A stretch of 62,990 nucleotides of DNA, counting the filler. It is 15 parts of 15 records of this genome, joined end to end, with 100 filler letters (N's around TTAATTAATTAA, not from the genome) between each part and the next. Parts side by side here need not be neighbours in the genome. Positions count along the whole stretch, not along the records: positions 57,673 to 60,721 come from SRR9188676_3619; positions 60,822 to 62,990 come from SRR9188676_3638; 13 more parts are not named here. One strand, given 5' to 3'. Numbering within the stretch: the first letter of the stretch is position 1; each line of letters begins with the position of its first letter. The translations under genes and the position numbers were made by a program. Shown piece after piece: positions 58,114 to 62,990 of the stretch. The notes under the pieces are model-generated. The model searched no databases. It was not told the DNA's origin and worked only from the letters and a program-made list of their open reading frames with translations.

Positions 58114-60721
58114 TTAGAAGAATGGCAAAGCCATTGAGACTTGAAGTATACCATAGGACGATCCAGTGGCAATCAGCTTCGAATCATTCGATATCTCCAC
58201 CGCAAGCACAGCATCCGTGAAGTCATCAATAGTTTGCACCAGTTTCCCATCCAGAGCCAAATCCCACAATCTCAGAGTTTGGTCATCAGAACCCGATAAC
58301 ACGTAGCGCCCATTCCTCGACACATCAATCGAATTCACTACATCAGTATGCCCCTGTAGCACGTGCACACACTTCCCCATCACACTTAAATCCCACACCC
58401 GCAGCGTTTTGTCCTCTGATGCTGAGATAATGTACCGGCTATTATGTGTGACTGTTAGTGATGTGATTCCCATGGAATGGCCTTTTAGTACATGTAACAT
58501 TTTATACCCGTGTATGAGGTCAAAAACCCGGATCAGTTCGTCATCACACCCCGCAATTAGATACTTATTGTCAGGAGTCACCACTATTGTTCTAATACCA
58601 TCCATTTTCCCTTTGATAGACTGCACAAGCTCGAAGTTATGGTTTAAATCCCAGATCCGAATGGTGGCATCTGAAGAGCCTGAGATGACATAATGGTCGT
58701 CTGGAGTGACAGTGACAGTATTGACGGCATCTGTGTGGCCGCGGAGTATGTGCATGTGTTTTGCATTGTTGAAGAGGTCCCACACTTGCACAGTGCTGTC
58801 GAGGGAGCCGGATATGACGTATCTTGAGTCGTTTGTGATTGCGATGGACATCACAGTGTCGGTGTGACCGGTAAGAGTGTGGGCAAGGTGTGGTATGGTA
58901 GGGTTGTGTGGTGGTAGGGTAGGGTTCTGTGACGTGGCAATGTGATGAGTGTGGTGTGGTGTGATGGTATGGTAGAATGGAATGCCAGGATGATGATGAC
59001 CGCTGGAGCTGTGTGATATGGTGGCATTGTTTGGTAGATGATGGTGATGTGCGCCGGCCGGATTGTGTGCTAGGGTCAGAGGGTGTGGTATGGTAGAATT
59101 ATTTGGTATGGTAGGGTTGTGTGGTATGGTATGGTTAGGCTGTGTCCCTTCATTCTCCGAGACCAAATCCCACACCCGAATGACATTGCGATCACTCATA
59201 CCCGAGAGAAGATATTTCCCGTTAGGGGTGAATGCCACAGAATAGATATGTCCATCCATTTCATCCACCGTGCCCAACTGACCCAGATCCCACACCCGAA
59301 TCGTTTCATCAGCAGATCCATATATCATACACCTGCAGTCATTCGACACCGCGAGGGATAGCACCGCACTCTCGAGCAAAAAAGCCTCTTGCTGCGCAAA
59401 TTGGTCAAGATCCCAGAGCCGAATGGTCCTGTCATCAGACCCAGTGAGGATGTACTTGCCATCTTTAGTGGATGATACTGATCGAACCACTTCGGTGTGC
59501 CCCTCAAGAATAGCAATCAGTTTCCCGCCTTGAGAAAGGTCCCACACTTGCACCGTATTGTCCCAGGCACCGGATAAGATGTACCGTGAATCGTGTGTGG
59601 TGGCGACGCACGTGATGCTGTTGGTGTGGTCTAGGGTATGCAGGAGGCGAGATCTGCCTCCTTGAGATTCAGAATGGGATAAAGTATATGCTAGTGATGA
59701 TCGACGCGATAATGATTGCTGTGATTGTGATTGAAGTGATTGCGCTTGTGCGAGTGATTGTGATAAAGTTTGTGATGTGCAAGGTGCATTCTGGCGCAAT
59801 TGTGATAATGATTGATGTGATTGTGGATCTGATGGATGTGATTCGGATTGTGAATCTGATTGATGTGATTGTGATAAGTCCCATACACGCACAGTTTGGT
59901 CCTGAGATCCTGAAATAATGAACCTGCCATCCCCGGAGACACACACAGCCTCCACCATACCCGTGTGACCCTTCAATGCAAAGATAAGCTGACCCCCGAG
60001 CGGTAGATCCCACACCCGAATCAGCTTGTCAGTATTCCCAGAGACAAGATACTTATCATCAGATGTGAGAGCCAAGCAGAGCACAGCACTCATAGCAGTA
60101 GGGTCAGTGGCACACACACAGTCAAGAGAGCGCACAATTTTACCACCCTGTGCCAAATCACAGATGCGAATTGTGCCATCGCCAGAGCCAGAAATGACAA
60201 GCGTACCGTCACTCGAGACAGCAATTGCCCGAATGCCCCTACTTTGCCCTTCCAGCACATGAATCAGCTGTCCACCTTGAGTCAAATCCCACACATTGAT
60301 ATCACCATCGCGCGTGCCAGAGATCACGAATTTCGAATCCGATGTGATAGTCAGTGCCGTCACTTCGCCGGGCAAAATGGAGAGCAAAGGGTCGAATCTT
60401 TGCGATGCTGGGATGGATTTGGTCACCAATATGCCCTCTGCGCAGTCTATATTCAGGGGCAGACCACACCGAAGTTCTACATCTCTGTATAGCTCTGAAA
60501 TGCAGGGCTCACCAGACCAGCTCATGAAGAATGAGTTTGGATCGCTTTGTAGGAAATGGGCATTTTTGCGCACATAGCGTAAGTAGTGATCCAGGCGCTT
60601 GATGCTCACATCAGTCAAAGCAGTCAAAGTAGTCAAAGCATCAGTGGTAGAAGGGGTGCTATGTGTGGAATTCTTCGATGGGGCAATCAGATGTGATGAT
60701 GATGATGATGGTGATGATGAT
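58114..60721 (-). CDS. Large WD40-repeat protein (double propeller), 5' truncated; probably NACHT-WD40 (NWD/TEP1-like)
   Basis: More than a dozen GH...SGSxDxTxxxWDL repeats. The frame is open to the contig end. The pre-propeller segment LDHYLRYVRKNAHFLQSDPNSF...EP resembles the linker of NWD-type proteins. Confidence 0.9.
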
Positions 60722-60870
60722 NNNNNNNNNNNNNNNNNNNNNNNNNNNNNNNNNNNNNNNNNNNNTTAATTAATTAANNNNNNNNNNNNNNNNNNNNNNN
60801 NNNNNNNNNNNNNNNNNNNNNTTTGTTCTGGTGTTTTTGAACCGCTTCCAGTCTGGTTTCTCCCTCAATA

Positions 60871-62953
60871 TCAGCAGAATTCGACTTCACGGTGTTTTAT
60901 GTGAGCTCCAAGCTCAATATGACTCTCTGCTTGAAGAGTCCATGCCCCACAAGCATAAGATGTATCAAAGGGGACACTCACATTTATCTCACGTAGTTCG
61001 AAAATGTGAGGATTACGGTCCATGCTTGTATTCATGGGAACTTTGAATCGCTGAGAGCTCTGAATTGTTCGAGTGCGGGTGCATCCGATTTTCATTGCGA
61101 TTCATACATTAGCTGGGAGTGCATGCGGGACAACGTACCTCGGAGATACTCTTCTTGCGATGTCTGGTATGAGGAACATGCAAGTGAGAAGCAGAGGGAA
61201 GTTTGCCACCATCACGCTGTGCAAAGGCTGCCATCCGCTCGGCTTGTGAGGGCTGCGAAAGGTCATTTGGAGGAGAGAACATTCGATCAACACAAGCTCC
61301 ATATTATGTACCTAATCCATCGAATTCCAATCATTTCGACCGAATCAAGGGAGATTGCCCTTACGATCACACGATTCTGACTAACAATAAAGCACACGGA
61401 CTGTTGAGAGACCAGTGTAAGTGTAGCTATCACTGTAAATGGCACACAAAAGCATACCTTCTTCCCGCTCTCACTTCTGGCAGAGTTGACTGGTGATGCG
61501 CGGGGTGATGATTCTGGTGAGGCACCAGGGCTAGCACTGGCACTGGCACTCGGGCTGCCACTCGCAGAACTGTCGCTCCATCCCTCCCGCACTTCAGGTA
61601 CCAATAACCGTGTCCCATCACCTCCATTCGTGCCTGCTGCTTTCACTTTCGACTTTAAGAGTTTGTCGAGGTCAATCGCCGCTCCAGAGCCATCTCGCAG
61701 GTTCGCGTCTTGCTGATGTTGTTGCATCATTGTCTGTGGGGCAGGGCTGAGCGAGCGCGGAGAACCCGGCAAGGACCGGGACGGTGTTTTCTGCAGCTTT
61801 GGCTTCGTGAGTAGCTTTGCGGCTGTCTTCACGTGCTGTTCTTCGTCACTGTCATGCGTGAGCTCCAGGTTCAGCGGTGGCACTACGGGCTTGGACCAGC
61901 TGGCATCATCCCTGTCGTATATATCGATAAAATAAGCTCATAATTAACAGTGTGAGAGAGAATGAGTGCGTCTGTGCAGTATGTATGATTATGAATGTGC
62001 ATGTCTGGGGGAGAGAAGAAGAGAATAGATAGAAAACTATACCGGCCATTGTGCTTAGCACTGAGGGATTTCTTTCTCCCGTTCACATCATCTCCATCCC
62101 GGTCCTTGTACTCCAGCTGTCGCCGCGCTGACACTGGTAACGCTCTGCATGAGGCAAGGGAGCGGAGAGCCAGAATTTTAATTGTGTTTTGGGGGGAGGG
62201 GGGGTGGGGGAGTTGGGGAATTGGGTGAAGAGAGAAAGAGATGATAGGGAGACAGATGTGATACAGCTTGGGGCACACGAAAGAAAATTCATTGCGGCCA
62301 GATCTGCAAGGACATGTTGACACGAAAAAAATAGGAATTCGTCGGGGCCCTGCTGTATATGTCATGGTCTTGTTTGTATGACCGCATCCAACTTTTTCGG
62401 CCCGTTGCAAAATGGGAGGGAACGGACATTGCATTCCAAATACAAATAGATATAGCAAGCCGGCTAGCCCAGAAATAAGCCAATAAATTATCAAAATCAT
62501 TGTAGACACATTCGAAAATGAAACCACGCAACAATTTAGAGGGGAAAGAAAAGAAAAGCAAATTGGACGACTTTCTGGCTCTCGAAACCACAGATATACA
62601 TACCTCGTATTGAACGTCCTATTTCTCGAAGCGGCAGTAGAAGCCTGAGCAGTAGATGGGCGGGGACCGCCAGGGCTTGCTGCTCTCACCCCACTCCCCA
62701 CTACTGTCCCATTCCCCGTACCCCCACCCCCAGCTGTACTCGATGGGCTGGGGGAGTGTGAGGCAGAGGCAGAGGCAGAGGTAGAGGTAGCTGAAGAGGG
62801 GGATGGGGGAGGGCGGGTGCGCATAGGGGATGGCGAAGGGCTGCGACTGGTACTGGTGACAGAGCTGCGTCCACCATGCACACTCCCGCTGGACTCGGTG
62901 GGGTGGAGGTGTGTGTGTTGCGGGGTGTGATCGCGTCTCACTCCGGGTGACAC
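60871..62953 (-). CDS. 3' exons of a Ser/Pro-rich hypothetical protein
   Basis: Low-complexity exons (62953-62604, 61910-61458 and smaller ones) with GT-AG boundaries. No family recognised. Confidence 0.45.
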
Positions 62954-62990
62954 CTGAGATGGGAAGGGAAGGGAAGGGTAGGGAAGGGAA

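Overview
This window is not one continuous locus. It is 15 unrelated contigs joined by 14 artificial spacers of about 100 nt (N-run + TTAATTAATTAA + N-run). Fourteen contigs look like an intron-rich microbial eukaryote (short GT-AG introns, standard code; taxon not identifiable from sequence alone). They carry mostly partial genes: phosphoglucomutase, a CD36-family protein, an OleC-like adenylate-forming enzyme, a pentameric ligand-gated ion channel, a DDX59-type zf-HIT protein, a SNAPC4-like protein, a CHR chromate transporter, a guanylate-binding protein, TFIIH p52/Tfb2, Rav1/DMXL, an NWD-like WD40 protein and several low-complexity hypothetical genes. One contig (16615-30028) is AT-rich, intronless and clearly bacterial (Bacteroidota, probably Cytophagales). 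It holds an ECF sigma factor with a dual-membrane-spanning-type anti-sigma factor and a hidden 34-aa membrane ORF, a probable copper-acquisition operon (Cys-rich upstream ORF ending in HPP, TonB receptor, PepSY-TM protein, MbnP, MbnH, decayed beta-barrel gene) with no methanobactin biosynthesis genes on the contig, a HupE/UreJ gene and two orphan histidine kinases. The most interesting candidates are the putative copper-sensing leader/arrest ORF ahead of the MbnPH operon, a short repeat family lying in sense orientation in introns of unrelated eukaryotic genes, the intron-containing OleC-like gene and a roughly 180-bp foldback hairpin. All family calls come from motif recognition by eye; no database searches were run.
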